DNA of 64,000 nucleotides from Tubulanus polymorphus (GCF_964204645.1 NC_134027.1:14602485-14666484), one strand, 5' to 3'. Numbered from the stretch's first letter, positions 23,461 through 37,290 are shown. The notes: generated from the sequence alone by a model not told the origin. Program-made: numbers and translations.

Positions 23461-26400
23461 CGGTTCCTGAACTTCGCTGAAAAAGCTGAAACACTGAAAC
23501 GCTGAATCGCTGAAATAAAAACGCTGAAATTTCAGGGAATTTCCGAAAAACGCCGAAATTTCAGGGAATTCCCGAAAAACGCTGAAATCGTGCTAGGTAC
23601 CGACAATACTCGTTTTGAAATATTTTCCGGGCCGGTGTCCGCTGCCGAGTCCTGAACCGTGTTTTGCATGGGCAGTATGTGTGGAGTATACTTCTAGAGG
23701 GCCACTTGTTGGACAAATTAATTCGCTTGAAATCCGGATTTTTAATGCATACAGGCAGCATGATGAGGAAAACCCATTCACAAACCGTGCAAGCCAACTT
23801 AAACACTATGCTCAATATTCCAAGAATATGGTTTACTTCTGCAAGACGTAACGTTCATTCATGTATAAAACAGGATTATGAGCAACTTTTCTTTTGTCAA
23901 CACGTTGATGGGCGACGGACTATGGTATTCTCTGAAGGAGGTAAATTAAATTTGACAGCTAGTTATATAAATGATGCAGCTTTTGGACAAAAGGGATCTA
24001 ACTAAATTTCTTTTTTATTCACCGTGGAATGGAATGGATTGACGCCAATGACATGCAGTAGGCCCCTACTTATAGGTCATACCAATTAGCGTCAACCAAT
24101 TAATCTAAATCGGGCAAACCATTCAACACCTGTAATTTATTTGCTGTGGTGTGATAATAATAAGTTTTTTTTGAAAAAATGACATACCAACTGTTAGAAA
24201 AATTTACCGATTCTTATTTTTAGACTACTACGGTAATACCGATATAGATAATCTATAAAAGGAGGAGTCATAGACAAAGTTGATTTGCCTAGCTGGACAC
24301 ACTTCTTGTCCAGTTCATCATCTCAAGTATTGGGTGTTTTGTAAGTTGTTTCAGTATTTATTTACAAAGTGCTGTTCCCTCGGACCTCAGTGCTTTCAAA
24401 CTAGGCCCACCCCATAGGCTATATCTCCAGGGTGTATTAGCCACTAGGCCTACTCTTTTATTTCCTACTTTAAATGCACTTTTTTCAATTTTTAGACTCG
24501 GGCTAAGAATGTGCAAATTTGAGATACTGAGAAATCAGATAGCACTAGTTAACTTCAACTGCGAAATTTACAGCAGGATAGCTGAACGACACAATTTTTA
24601 AAAACAAAATGGCTATTTGAATGCTATTTCAGTAATAACTTGATTCAACCAGAGAGAAATAAGTCAATTGCGGATGTACAGTACACCCACTTTACTTATC
24701 CGTTTTCCTGGTACCAAATTTGTTATCTTAAGCTAAGCAATATTCTTAGGTATGCTAGTGAATTTCATTAGAATATGAAGCAATGGAACCAGAATTCAAG
24801 CCCGAGTTAAGCGAACTATTGATTCTGATATAATGTAAGAACTGATTTCTTTTGTGTACTCTTGCAGAATGTGTTAAGTATTATTTTAAGCTGTTAAATG
24901 ATATAGTTAGACAAACGTCCAATTATTGGATCTTTCTTGTTGACTCGTTTAATTTTGTGAGTTTAGAGTTCCAGTCAATCCACAATGTGTAGTGCCTAGC
25001 CTTCATCTAGTACTCAAGCCAAGCCTGTGTATGGGAAAACGTTGTTCGACTCTCATAAGCCAGACAAATCAAAGCATGCAATACATTGCAGATAGTAGTA
25101 TCCAGCAAGTAGACAGAGAAAGTAAACCAGGTTTTACCCTGTACCCTACCCGGCATCTTCACCTGTCAAGGGATTCGAACCCACTACACTAAAGCTGTTC
25201 TCCGAACCGCTTGACCTCACGAGTCGTTACTAGCCGACCAGAATCAGGTCGGGCCAATCACAGCGCTTGTTACAAATGACATTGGGCATCTGTGGAATTT
25301 CCCGGTAAATGGACCAATCAGCGAACACGTAGCGAAGGGGAAGTATTGTCGCGTGTTGATATATGACGTCATGCTCAAAAGCGCCGGTAATGAAATCGCG
25401 CGTCGTGAGGCCAGGGGGCTGCTGGAAGCGAGTTTGGGAGCAATACTGGTCTCCTGGCAAGCGAGGATGCCTACCCGGGAACGAAAGACACTTCAATACT
25501 CCTTTCTTGTAGAGATTGTAGAAATATGGCACCCAATCGTAGTAATGCTAAGTACCAGTATACTATGACGGTTGAACCTTTATTCACACCGAAATAGAAT
25601 CAAAGTAGTCATAAGTTCCATGCTAGCACTTAATTTGGGTTATCAGGTTCAGCCTAACTAGCTGTACTTTCATTCAGCTACTACTTTTGTATGAGAATTG
25701 GCAATGATAAGTTGCAAGAAATCACCAAACATAAGAAAAAATATTGAGAATTAATATTACTGTAATTAAGAATTTATTCAAATGAAGTGATAATTTCATT
25801 GTTAGATCGTACCGGTATATGCGCATAAAACAAAAAACACATCTAACAATCCACGCAATCCGCAATGCAAAAACCGTAAAGTTTCCCAAGTCTCTGTTTA
25901 TAACGCATGCGCATTAGGAAGTGTTGGGGAAATCCTCTAAGTCTAGAAACTGGTCGCGTGCGCATGCGTCGCTACATGTGTATTTTTTCCTAAACTGGGT
26001 CATGTCAGAACGCTGAAACATAGAACTATAACGGACTGAACTTGCGTGAACTTATGCGCAGCGGGAAGGCGCAGTTTGTTTGGTCACTTACGAGGATCAT
26101 TTGTATTTTTTGGAATGACAGGTGTTCAAGTGGTCTTGCCATAAGCTGAAAATCTAAGATATATATCGGTATATTAAAAAGGATGAATGTATTTTTCTGC
26201 TACACATTCGGGATTCGAACCTAATAGCACTTAAAAGTAAATCCTGTCTATTTTATGTTCATTGTTTCATATTCGGGATGCTGTAACTTTTTCCTTGGCA
26301 AACAATAACCCAGCGACACTTTAATCATCAAAGTTCATGTCGTAACGCTTGAAATACGATCAGTAATTTTCGGGTTTCGAACCTGATAGCGCCGCTTAAG

Positions 26401-26846
26401 ATGAACAGCGTAAATAAGATCAATATTTTTACGGGATTCGAACCTAATGGAAACTACAGTGACTATTAGTCATTAAAGTTCACATGCAGTTCACATGTAG
26501 TGCCGCATGCGCAATGTGCCGATTTCGCGACTAAGAGCAATTCCAGCACTGACTAATGCGCATGCGTTAGGTAGAAACGGAGACTTGGGAAACTTAACGG
26601 TTTTTGCATCCGCAATCGATCAAGTCGAACATGACGACGACCTCAAGGCATGTCTCTGTAACCGAAGGTAGAGACTAAAACGGTTCAGGACTCGGCAGCG
26701 GACACCGGCCCTGAAAGAATTTCAAAACGTGTACGTAATTCCCTGAAATTTCGGCGTTTTTCGGAAATTCCCTGAAATTTCAGCATTTTTATTTCAGCGT
26801 TTCAGCTTTTCAGTGTTTCAGCTTTTTCAGCGAAGTTCAGGAACCG
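23461..26846. mobile_element. 3386-bp non-autonomous DNA transposon with about 170-200-bp TIRs and a 9-bp TSD (MULE- or Merlin-like)
   Basis: CGGTTCCTGAACTTCGCTGAAAAAGCTGAAACACTGAAA... and ...TTTCAGTGTTTCAGCTTTTTCAGCGAAGTTCAGGAACCG. Flanks TTTTTTTCC (23452-60) and CTTTTTTCC (26847-55) match at 8/9. The TIRs are built from GCTGAAA repeats. Confidence 0.8.
25867..26607. repeat. Internal inverted repeat pair (about 50 bp arms) within the 3.4-kb element
   Basis: GCAAAAACCGTAAAGTTTCCCAAGTCTC..AACGCATGCGCATTAG versus CTAATGCGCATGCGTT..GAGACTTGGGAAACTTAACGGTTTTTGC. Confidence 0.7.
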
Positions 26847-28194
26847 CTTTTTTCCACACATTTTTTGTCAAAAGTACATAGGCTATTTTACATTACCGCT
26901 GTTGCCGATACAATCCGTCTGATATCATTCAGCTCACTTCGATCTACAAATACTCCGTGCGAATTTTGAAGAATCAACGTTACAAAAGCACTGTCGGGCC
27001 GTAAACATCGAAAATTGAGCCCCATTCAAAGAGCCGACATGTTTTTCTAAGTCGTCTTTCCGAAATCTACCGCACGTTTTGTTGTCACATCGATTATCAA
27101 TTCAAGCATAAATTAACAAATTTATTACCCAAAGATTGCACATTCTTTCGCGGTTTTTAAAAACTAACTTAACCAATAACCCATTTTCCTCATCAAATTA
27201 AATTACTGATACACAGGAAATTTACTACTTTAGATTTTAAAAGCACTGTCGAGCCGTAAACATCGACAAATCGACGTGTGTCACTACATCATCATTCCGG
27301 GGATCAGCTGCGAGTTTCTCCTCATCCTAAGAATCAAATCGAGTACAAATTAATTTATTACTACCAGTGATTTGGCTGCGGGCGTCATGCAGTTAATTTA
27401 GCAATACTTATTTTTCTTTACCAAATTAACCGTGTATTTACTAAGATAAATCATAAGTGTACCGGGGAATCGTAGGCCTAAAGTAAACACGCCGAAGAGA
27501 TATAGCGGAGAAAAGCTGTTATGTCGACGAGGTATCAAAATAAAAGAATATATTACTTAATTCGGCCGCGGGCTTCAACCTCTATATCAATACCATCAAT
27601 ACTCTATATTTCCTACAGTACATACCGATCATTGTCAAATGCACAAGGCATTATGAGTTTTCCGGTTTGCTCGGCTACCCGTACTGGCGGGGTAGTCTAG
27701 AGAGGACAATGAAAACTCCGGTTTGCTGAACCACCCCTCTTTGCGGGGATGCGGTATGATGTTTGATCTGACAGTTTCAAGTGGTTAATGGCTGTTTCAA
27801 GTGCTTACAACGATGCTTATTACTTCGTGGTACATGGTGGTTTAAAAAAAGATTTCATAATAATACGCTCACCGCGTGGGCTTCGTAGAAAGACCACTAC
27901 CTGTGATCTTCCCAAATTTTAATTGTCCTGTCCGATTTGGTTTCATCCAATTGAGAGACTGCCTTTTCCAGTTAGGGCATTTTTGGATCACGTCACTCCA
28001 GGAAATGACTTAACGCTTTTGGGCCCCTTCGTCGGTTCCACATATTTCATTTGAGCCATAGACCACAATGGTTACACCATGATGGTCAGTAACTGACCAA
28101 TTGAGATATCCCCGAGTCTGAACACTTGACTTCGAATTTCGGAAATTTATCATGTAATGTTTGTTTTCAAACTACTACGGAATCATCATTGCAA

Positions 28195-28570
28195 ATTCAT
28201 CACTGACCATCACTGACCACCAATGACCAATTCAAACTTCTCGAATATGAAAACGATATACCGCGTTATGGTGTCAAACTAGAAAGGATTCGCCATTGAA
28301 AATTAATAAATTGACCATCACCGACCACCACTGACCAATTGAAACTTCTTGAAAGAACGATATACCGGTACTGCATTTGATGTGAAACTAGAGAGGAGTC
28401 GCCATTGAAAATTCATAAATTGACCATCACTGACCACCACTGACCAATTGAAACTTCTTGAAAGAACGATATACCGGTACCGCATTTGGTGTGAAACTAG
28501 AAAGGATTCGCCATTAAAATTCATAAATTGACCATCACTGACCACCACTGCCCAAGTGAAACTTCTCAAA
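28195..28570. repeat. About 108-bp tandem repeat, about 3.4 units, rich in TGACCA
   Basis: The GACCATCACTGACCACCACTGACCAA-type core recurs at 28205, 28313, 28422 and 28530. Confidence 0.85.
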
Positions 28571-31170
28571 TATCGTGGTCGAATTCGAAAGTGCTTGTCG
28601 TCGTATTGCTATTTCTAGAAACCAGCAGAAAGTTTTGCTACTGTTTTTGAATGGCGTTGACATGATGGAAATTTATTACCCATAAATGGGTTACATATCT
28701 GGATCACAGCACCTCACTTACCCCATGCGTTATTTTCACTGCATAGTAATGCTAATACATAAACTTTTCTACTACTTGACTCGAATCATCTGAACAGTAC
28801 TGCGATTGAAAACTCAACGAATAGAAAATGTTTGCGGGAAGCGCCTACTAATAAGTTATAACAAGATTAATTAATCGATGCATGAAAAACAATTAAATCA
28901 CAAGGTGACTAACACTCGTCTTTCAACCAATCAGCGCGATACCAATTAATTAAATCATCAAACGCATTGGGTTCCTAATATTTGAAATCATGTGATACAA
29001 TAGTTGTTCTTTAGACTTGGCCACTTTCATTTCAGAAAACCGCGTACTAGACCAGTGGTCACCGAGGCATTAACCATTCCTACAAGTTTTGAAAATTCAA
29101 TGGTAACGCGGATTCTTCGCCTCTAAAAACTGTTTCGTTAATAGTTTTCTTTATATGAAAAGTGTTCATAGGAATTGAAATTTGGAGTGATATCAGTCAC
29201 AGCTGTAACCCTTTTTCATTGTCAGTTCTTTTTTGGAAACCAAGTAGATTAGTGAAAATATCAATGATGAAGTTCACTTATTATATCAAGTACCGTTTTT
29301 ACTGTCGCATGCGAGTCGAAACAAAAAGATCTATCCAACTGCATATCTTCGGGTATAAACTGTGATATCCTTCAGTATGTTATGAATATCTTTAAAGATT
29401 TGTGTTCTAGTATAATACCCAAAGGTTTAACTATCGGACACATAAAAGATTCGCCATAATCAAAGTTTTTAAGAAAATCTTTCTTCGAGAAAGAAAGATC
29501 TTTAAAAGAACGATTGGCGTCAAATTAAACCATAATGGACTGTTGTGAATTTATTGAATAATCCACCTGAGAAATTTAAAGATTTCGAAGCGAAATTTAT
29601 TTATATAAATCAAAAATGCATGAATAACTTGACGTTATTTGCGGGTCTCATGAAACACTTTCGTGCGCTCTTTTTCAATCTAAAATAGCATAAATACATG
29701 CGTGTTTCGTTATAAACAAGGTTAAATTCCAAAGGCACATGAAATATGGAGCCTGTATCACACGATATACACATCTTGAATTTTCTCTAACTACGTAGGC
29801 CCTTTCCAAATGGGAATTGTTCAGTTTTTTAACGACCGACATTCAGAGGCACCTAAAAAACCGGTTGTATAGCACTTGAGATTTTCAGTGTAGGGCACAT
29901 CTCACATCGACTCGGCTCGCGGTCGGTGGTTTAATCGGAACACATCTGGTTGTTACTAGTTTAACAGTTGACGAATTCAGAAAACTTTTTTCAAATGTCT
30001 TTGATAACTTTTTAAACATAGTATTCTTCTTAGTTACATTTCGCTGATTCCATAGATATTTTTTCATGAAAATTGCTCCAGTTATAACGGATTTAAACAT
30101 ACATGTAAAATGATTATTTTCAAAATATTCTATTTTCTCCGATTTTGAAGAAATTCTGACACAATATCATCTCCACTCGACACATGATTTTACTTCGGCG
30201 CCTTTGAAGGGAGTGTCACTTGTTGTTGAGTTCATATTTAGTCAAACAAGAAGATATGCCTGATTCCTGTTTAGAATTTAGATTTCGACGGATATCATCA
30301 AATTACTAGAAAGGGACAGCAGCTTTCGGTCATCCGCAAAAAATACCTAAAATTCTCTCCTAGGGTTATGGAAAAACATGTCACGAAACATACGGAAAAT
30401 CCTTTGTTTGGTAGACTGAAATTATTGAACTCTTAAATAGCAACATTCAGAGAAACAAAAACGTAAGAATATATTCTCGACCACCCTTGAAAAAAACAAC
30501 GTGATTTCAATTGAAGATGACACGTAGCCTCATATCAAATGATTATGAACGCAACAGAGCCTATTCATTCACTTTACGAGGATGGGTCTCCATATTCATA
30601 GGAAACGATACGAGATTCGTGGGTACGAATGATGAATACAACTGATAAAGCGCCAATTTCACTGATTCTTGCACATAAAGGTGTTTTAGAGTAATCTAGT
30701 TAACAGGTGTGTTTTAGGAGTATTTTGAATTTAAATTCAAATCGGGGTTCATGACGAATATTGAGCATTCTAGGGCTGGATCAAGAAACGTGTGGGATCG
30801 TCCGCCAATGGAAATAATAAGGAGCCAGTCCGTGGTGGCTATTGAAAGCGACGACCGCATGTGAATGCATTGATTGAATGACATCTCAAAAGTCAGATTA
30901 TATAAAATTGAACATGATATATAATTAGGTTATTCCATATATACTGGTAAAAATGATGCCCAATATGAGATATAAATGTTCAATTAAAAAGTAGAAACCG
31001 AATCCATAATTCAGTCTGGTATTGTTATAACATCAAACACTCAAATTTAATCCTTTGTTAGATTGGTAGCCAGTGTAGATGAGCAAGAATAGTGGTCCCT
31101 AATTTTAATGTGGACTGTTCAACAAGTTGGAGTTTGTGTAGAGATGAATGAGTTTAAAATGGAGTGGAAT

Positions 31171-33738
31171 TTAGATAATACTGTTTGAATGTCTAATACT
31201 CAATATTTTTATTGATCATAAAAAATTGTGGTAAAATATTTGACTCTAGGGTTGGTTTTAAGCCGGGCGTAGGTCGACCTTGCGACGCAACGCGATCGTC
31301 GCTGGCGGTCGCAGTGAGTCGCGTCGCAGTGAGTCGCAAGCCGTCGCAAGGCCGACCTACGCCCGGCTTTAGATTGTATCTCTCCACGCCAGAGGTAATC
31401 ACGGATATTGGACTACACAAAATTCCTTGTGTACAGCTCAACTTTTTAAATCCCTGGGAAAGCTCGCCACGGATATATCTCAGTAATGATTAATTTTCCC
31501 ACAAATTCTCCCCTTCGAAAAACCTGAACAACCAATGTACGCTTGCTCTAAGTTTCCCAATGCACTATTGTTACCTTTTCTAGCTATTTGCACTAGCTGT
31601 TTGTCGCAAGTAGATTGCATCCTCTATTACAGGAGTAAAGGATACAGCTCTGGGACCCGTTTCACAAAAGATAGTTTAAATTAACCATCATCCAAATTAA
31701 ATATGATACATGACTAAATACACTGAAAAAGATCAACTATGTACACATTTCAAATTTCAAACCATGTTTCATCATTAGAAAATTACGACACAACGTTCGA
31801 TCTCTCACTAGAGATAATCTTTTTGAATTTGTACACTGAGTTTTCGTATCGTATTATCGTATTTTCAATTCTCTGCTTTTGAGTCAACAAGTACAAAGTT
31901 ATTTTAGCAATGAAAATTTAATCGTCATTATAAATGTTAACTATCCACTGGTAAACTTACTAACTTTTGGCAACTGACCTTAGATCGTGGAATGGTCTCA
32001 GGTGGCCTGCTGATCCCCTCTTTATTTATACTACTAAAGAAATATACAGTATAAGACGTAAAAAGTATATGAACATATTATTTATCTTTAAATCGCGATA
32101 ATTCGTGTACGTATGATTGAAAAACGATATTCTATCGAATCTCATGGTACTTATGATTATTGTGTATAGAATCAATAATTAGCAACCCTCCACGGATACG
32201 AAGCAGCCTAAGTTTACATCCTACCAAAATTATCCTCGAAACTCTCAGCATTATTTCAAGGGTCGGTCTTAGAAAATATATGAAGGACGTGCTCACAGGT
32301 TAACGAGGCCAAAAATCTTCCCCAAAATTTCAAATTTTTACAAGCAAAGATAATAAATATACTTCATGCTTTTGGTGCAGAAAAAAATACATGTCCACAA
32401 AATGCAAATTGTGTTTTCAAAGTAAACGATTGAGTGCGGAATTGTTTCGAATTCAAGGTTTTCCTATTAACACTCCGGTATTTTTCAATAAGTCAAACTA
32501 TTGTTGATGTGATCAGATGGCCAGTTGAATACTTCATCATTATATTGAAAGATATGTTATACTTAATGCATCTTTTCTTACAGCTTTCTCTATTGGTTAG
32601 CGTTGTGATCACTCAAAATTAACCATAAGTTTGAATTCTCACTGATCTACTACATCTCTATAACAAAAATATATTTCATATCAGGCAATTAGCTTTGATC
32701 TGTGGTCAGTGGACAGCAGCTACGAAACATTTAAAACTACTGCATTATCATTCCATCTATTCATGTATATATAATATGATATGATATCTTCTTTGTTCAG
32801 TTTAAAAGTCTTGATCGTAAAAGTTTGACAAGTCTCGCATAATGGCACCGATACGCACGTTCACGCGAGTAAAATGTGCACGTTACAGGCTCAAATGCGC
32901 ACGTTACAATTACAAATGGAAACGTTGTTCGTTCAAAACCCTACGTAAAAATCTTATGTATTTTAGCGGAATTTCAAAGTTAGCTCGCTACCTACAACAA
33001 AAATCGGACAAGACTTTTCAAGCGACACATTTAAATGTAAGAGCTAGTAGTACTAACGAAGGATTCACTAAACATATAAATTACTTATGGGGGTTCTGGT
33101 TAGCACTGGTAACTGGTCTGTACTGGTCAAGCATTGGTCAGTTAAACAATTTTTAGATTAATGCCCACATCATATCTAGTTATTTGACACCAAACAACTT
33201 AATTGTTTGCAAACAAATAATTTACTATATGGTCAGTACTGGTCATGCATTGGTCAGTTAAAAGACCATGGTCCACGCCACATTTGATACCGTGGCATGA
33301 TTGGATTGTGTCGTTTCGAAAATTTATCTGTTGGGCAATTTGTGGTCAGCCCTGGTTCGTTAGGTTCTTATTTTGCGGGCATTTTAACTCGAACCACCGA
33401 AAGACCGAATCACTAATTAATTCACCAGATCGTTAATTGCTGATAATGAAGATTAGTGTTTAACTAATAGTCCTTGTCTGAACAAAATGTCTCTAGTATG
33501 GGTCCTATGGAATCATGTCCTTAACTGTACACCATACTGTATCTTTGTACTGTATCTTTTTATGTTCACTACTACCGTAATTGACTATGATGTTTTCAAG
33601 TGGTCTTAAGTACAGCTAATAGCCGAAAGTCGTTGATTTATGTGAAATTTACATACAGTGCCACCCGTTGATAGTAAAACTAACCCGAGCAATACGGGTG
33701 TTAAATAGATACGCTAGCAAACCGGCATTCTCATAATG
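31171..33738 (+). repeat. Left arm of a 2.6-kb inverted duplication
   Basis: Reverse complement of 51274-53822; ORF-track peptides 31212+/53611- and 32842+/51953- are near-identical. Confidence 0.92.
31261..31368. mobile_element. 108-bp palindromic PIF/Harbinger (Tourist-like) MITE, TSD TTA
   Basis: AGCCGGGCGTAGGTCG...CGACCTACGCCCGGCT flanked by TTA/TTA. The right-arm copy has the empty site GGTTTTAGATTG (reverse complement at about 53727-53739). A related end occurs at about 34365-34396. Confidence 0.9.
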
Positions 33739-34424
33739 AGGTATTTACTAAATACAAGTATATAACACAATCCTTTCCGTATGCTGGACTCACACTTGAC
33801 ATTCGGAGTAAGCGTTCGCTGTGGGGGAAAGGGATCGTTCGCTGTGTCGCTTGAAGTGTTTTTCGAGTTTGACGCGGCTTTAGGCCTACCGGTTCTGCTT
33901 TACTGTCTCAAACAAACACAGTATAATTGTTGCGTTTATTAACGGACTCATAGGATTGAACTTCAAAACAAAATTTACATTTAGAAATGTCTTCAAATGA
34001 CGGCTTGTCCCGTGGAAAATGGGCAAAAAAGCGAAATTTGTCGTGAAAACGTCACGATATGTCGACATATTCATGTCGACTTGACGCGATATATCGCGAT
34101 ATATTGACATAAATATGGCGACTTGTCGAGTTTGAACGCGACAACTCGAGGCTCTTTATCGCTTCCGTACAGTCGTCATATCACTGGCGTCCTCATCTTT
34201 CAGCAACGCCAGTCACATGGAGTCATACGTGTTCTACTTTCTGCGACGCGACACAACTGTCACAACCAACCGACGCGCTCTTGCGACTGGCAGAAACTAG
34301 TCGCACACAATCGTATTGCAACCGACTTGCACCGAAACTTGCGATGCAACGCGAGGATCGCATCGTGTCACAAGACCAACCTACGTCCGGCTTTAAGTTA
34401 CTGCGCAGCACCAGAAATATCTTT

Positions 34425-34944
34425 TTTTTCGTTCAAAAGACCTTTCGCTTGAAAATTCTTTCGTCGGAACAAAATTTATTTCGTTCGAACCAATAATAAT
34501 CTATACGATTGAACCAATTTGAAAAAATCGTTAGAACAAAGTTGAACAAACTTTTTTTTTCCAAACGAAAGGTATTTCGTTCGAACAATCGTTCAATTGA
34601 ACAGAATCGTTTTAATTTGAACAGAATTTTCTTGTCAGAACATTAAGTTTTTCGTTCGAACAAGTATATTGAAAAAAGTTTTTTTCTCCGAACCGAAAGT
34701 ATTAAGTATTTCGTTCAATTGAACAGAATTGTTTTTATTCAAACATTCGTTCGGAAAAATTGTTTTCGCTCAACCAAATTTTTCATTTCAACAATAACAT
34801 AGCTTTTTATTCGAACACATTTTTTTGTCAGAATGAAGAAAATTTTTGGTTCAAGCAAAAAGCGTATTGTTCGATCAAACAGAATTATTTTCATTCGAAC
34901 AAGAATTTCTTGTTGGAACATTAAGTTTTTTGGTCGAACAGCGT
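34425..34944. repeat. Degenerate TTTCGTTCGAACAA repeat field, possibly the subterminal array of a truncated CACTA-type end
   Basis: Many GTTCGAAC/GAACA variants; ends GGTCGAACAGCGTG (reverse complement begins CAC). Confidence 0.45.
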
Positions 34945-35074
34945 GTTAAGGTCGATTTGGAAATTTACTCGGTCTGGTATATGTTGGATTACTGTGTATG
35001 TCATTTGTCAGGACAATAAACAGAAGACAACTTAGGATACTACCTTGCGTGACTCCACTAGTTTGACCGACTTA

Positions 35075-35334
35075 TTCCAAGATGAGGCGTTCCGTTGATT
35101 TCGGCTACAAGTTTTCGTTCAGAGATAACTGCTGAGCCATTTGGGCGACCTATCATTGATACTGTTTCCTAATAGCCTGTTTAGTAATGGCTGATGTTGT
35201 GCCTTATCAAATGCTTTGTCGAAATCCACCGTTGAACATGATTCTAAGACTGTGCAGAAAACCCGTTATCGCTGCTTTGCAGCTTGATTTAGGGTTTCTG
35301 CTGCTTTCGCAGAAACCCTATTATAATTCTGTTG

Positions 35335-35384
<50 letters not shown>

Positions 35385-37290
35385 ATTCTTTTTCACACTG
35401 GATCGTACTGAAAGGATATAAACAACTGCAATTTACTTTCACTGTCGGTGAAACCATTCTGTATCACAAGTACTACGCTGCATTGACAAATACTGTATAT
35501 GATATTAATTAGAATTGCACTGTTTACTCACTGTGAGCCTCTAAACATCGAAATTTAAGCCCGATTCAAACAGTATCCATATACGTATACGTATTGTATA
35601 CGTGTCTTATTCCCACAGCGCCTCCTAAGTACGTGTGTTTGTGTGTCTATCCTAAAATGCATTGATAGAACTGTGTTGTTCTAGATCTGTAGTAAAGACG
35701 TAAGCAGTAGTGATATTTTTATCTGTTCTACAAGTCGAGTGTTTTGCCGTTGAATTAGGACATCGCTCGACTGAACGCAACTGAGGAATTTTTAATAGCC
35801 TTGTTTGTGTTTGTGCCGTATACAAGTTAGATAGCATATATAGCTTCGAATTCGGCAACACTAGTTAGTGAGCATCATATATAGGCTTTAATACTTCGAA
35901 TTCGGCTAGTAACAATAATATTGCTCAACGGATTTACTCAAAACTTACGTGAGATGTACGGAACACAGGTACCTTGAGGTAAGTCTAATGGCTCTGTGAT
36001 TGGGGACCCCGTTCACCCACCAGGGGGCGTTTTACTTTTGAAAATTCTGACATCGAAAAGTTACTGTGTGAGAAAAAATTTTGTCTTTGAGTTTTCAGCT
36101 TCGGCCGGGCACGAAAGTTGTTCATGACAGCCCGGAGGCTAAAAAAGTCATTGGCACGCCCTATCTGCGATTAACCGTTTGGGCTCTACGGGCTCGAAAA
36201 TGGGGCCCCAAATTTTTCAAAGAGATTTTTGCTCCTAGCTCCTTAACCGTTGGAGATAGAATTGTGGTTGCAACGAGTGATCAGTAGCCCTTGACAAGAC
36301 GCTTGTATTGATGTATGATATAACTATGTAACTCATATGGTTCTCTAGTAGTGCCACCTATAAGACGCTGGAAAACACATTTTCATCTATATCGACTAAG
36401 GGATCAATGGATTTCTATGAAAATTGTTACACATGTACCTGGTTACTAAATGCAAAGAACCCCACACATAATTAGTTCCTATTTTAACCACTAGGGGGCG
36501 TAAATTTTGAAAACTCATTTCAGCATCAATTTTTCGCATGTAATGCGGTCTGATTATTATGAAAATCACAAAACTTGGTATAAGTACATAGAAATGTGTG
36601 TCGTATGCCAACCTGCGTGATTAGTTCATACAACTACCACCAGGGGACTGTGAAAACAACGATTTCTGCTCCTAGGTTCTTGACAGTTGCCAATAGAATC
36701 GTTGTTAGAATGTGTGGTTAGTAGCCCTTTACAAGGCACTTGTATTGATATATGGTTTAAGTAGGTAACTGATATGGTTCTCTAGGAGTGCCTTCTACAA
36801 GTTGCTGGAAATGCATTTTCATTGATAGCTACTAAGCGGATAAAGGGATTTCTATGAAAATTGATATACATGTACCTGGATATAAGATACAACGAATCCC
36901 TAACATAATTAGTTCCTTTTCTAACCACTAGGGGCGTTAATGTTGTAAACTCATCCTAGCATCAGTTTTTTCGATTGTAATTCAATAGTATGCTAACCGA
37001 CAAATTACCGGCCACTTGGGCATGGTAAAAGTACCGTATCTTTGTTATTCTCGGTGTCATTTCCCCTAACCTTGGTACATTAGAACTTTTCGCGTAGTAG
37101 CCCATGTGGATCAATATAGTCATGTTATCAGCTGTCCCCTAGATGGCGCTCCTTATCCAGCAAGGCAGAAACCCGTTATCGCTGCTTTGCAGCTATATTT
37201 ATTATTATTAGGGTTTTCTGACTTTCGTCGAAAACCCTTTTGTAATTCTGTTGATTGTTATTATTATTATTTACATATTTTCCACTTTTT
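35075..37290 (+). mobile_element. Tandem HINE-like elements, cluster 2 (paralogous to 21490-23438)
   Basis: Same order of 3' end (35254-35290), 5' hairpin, microsatellite (here (ATTATC)n), body and 3' end GCAGAAACCCGTTATCGCTGCTTTGCAGCTATATTT (37165-37200). A further 5' hairpin follows at about 37208. Confidence 0.7.

Noticed and set aside
32842-33156. ORF conserved in both arms (also 31212-31493)
   Set aside because: Similarity reflects the recent DNA duplication; the copies differ by frameshift or MITE insertion and show no protein motifs.
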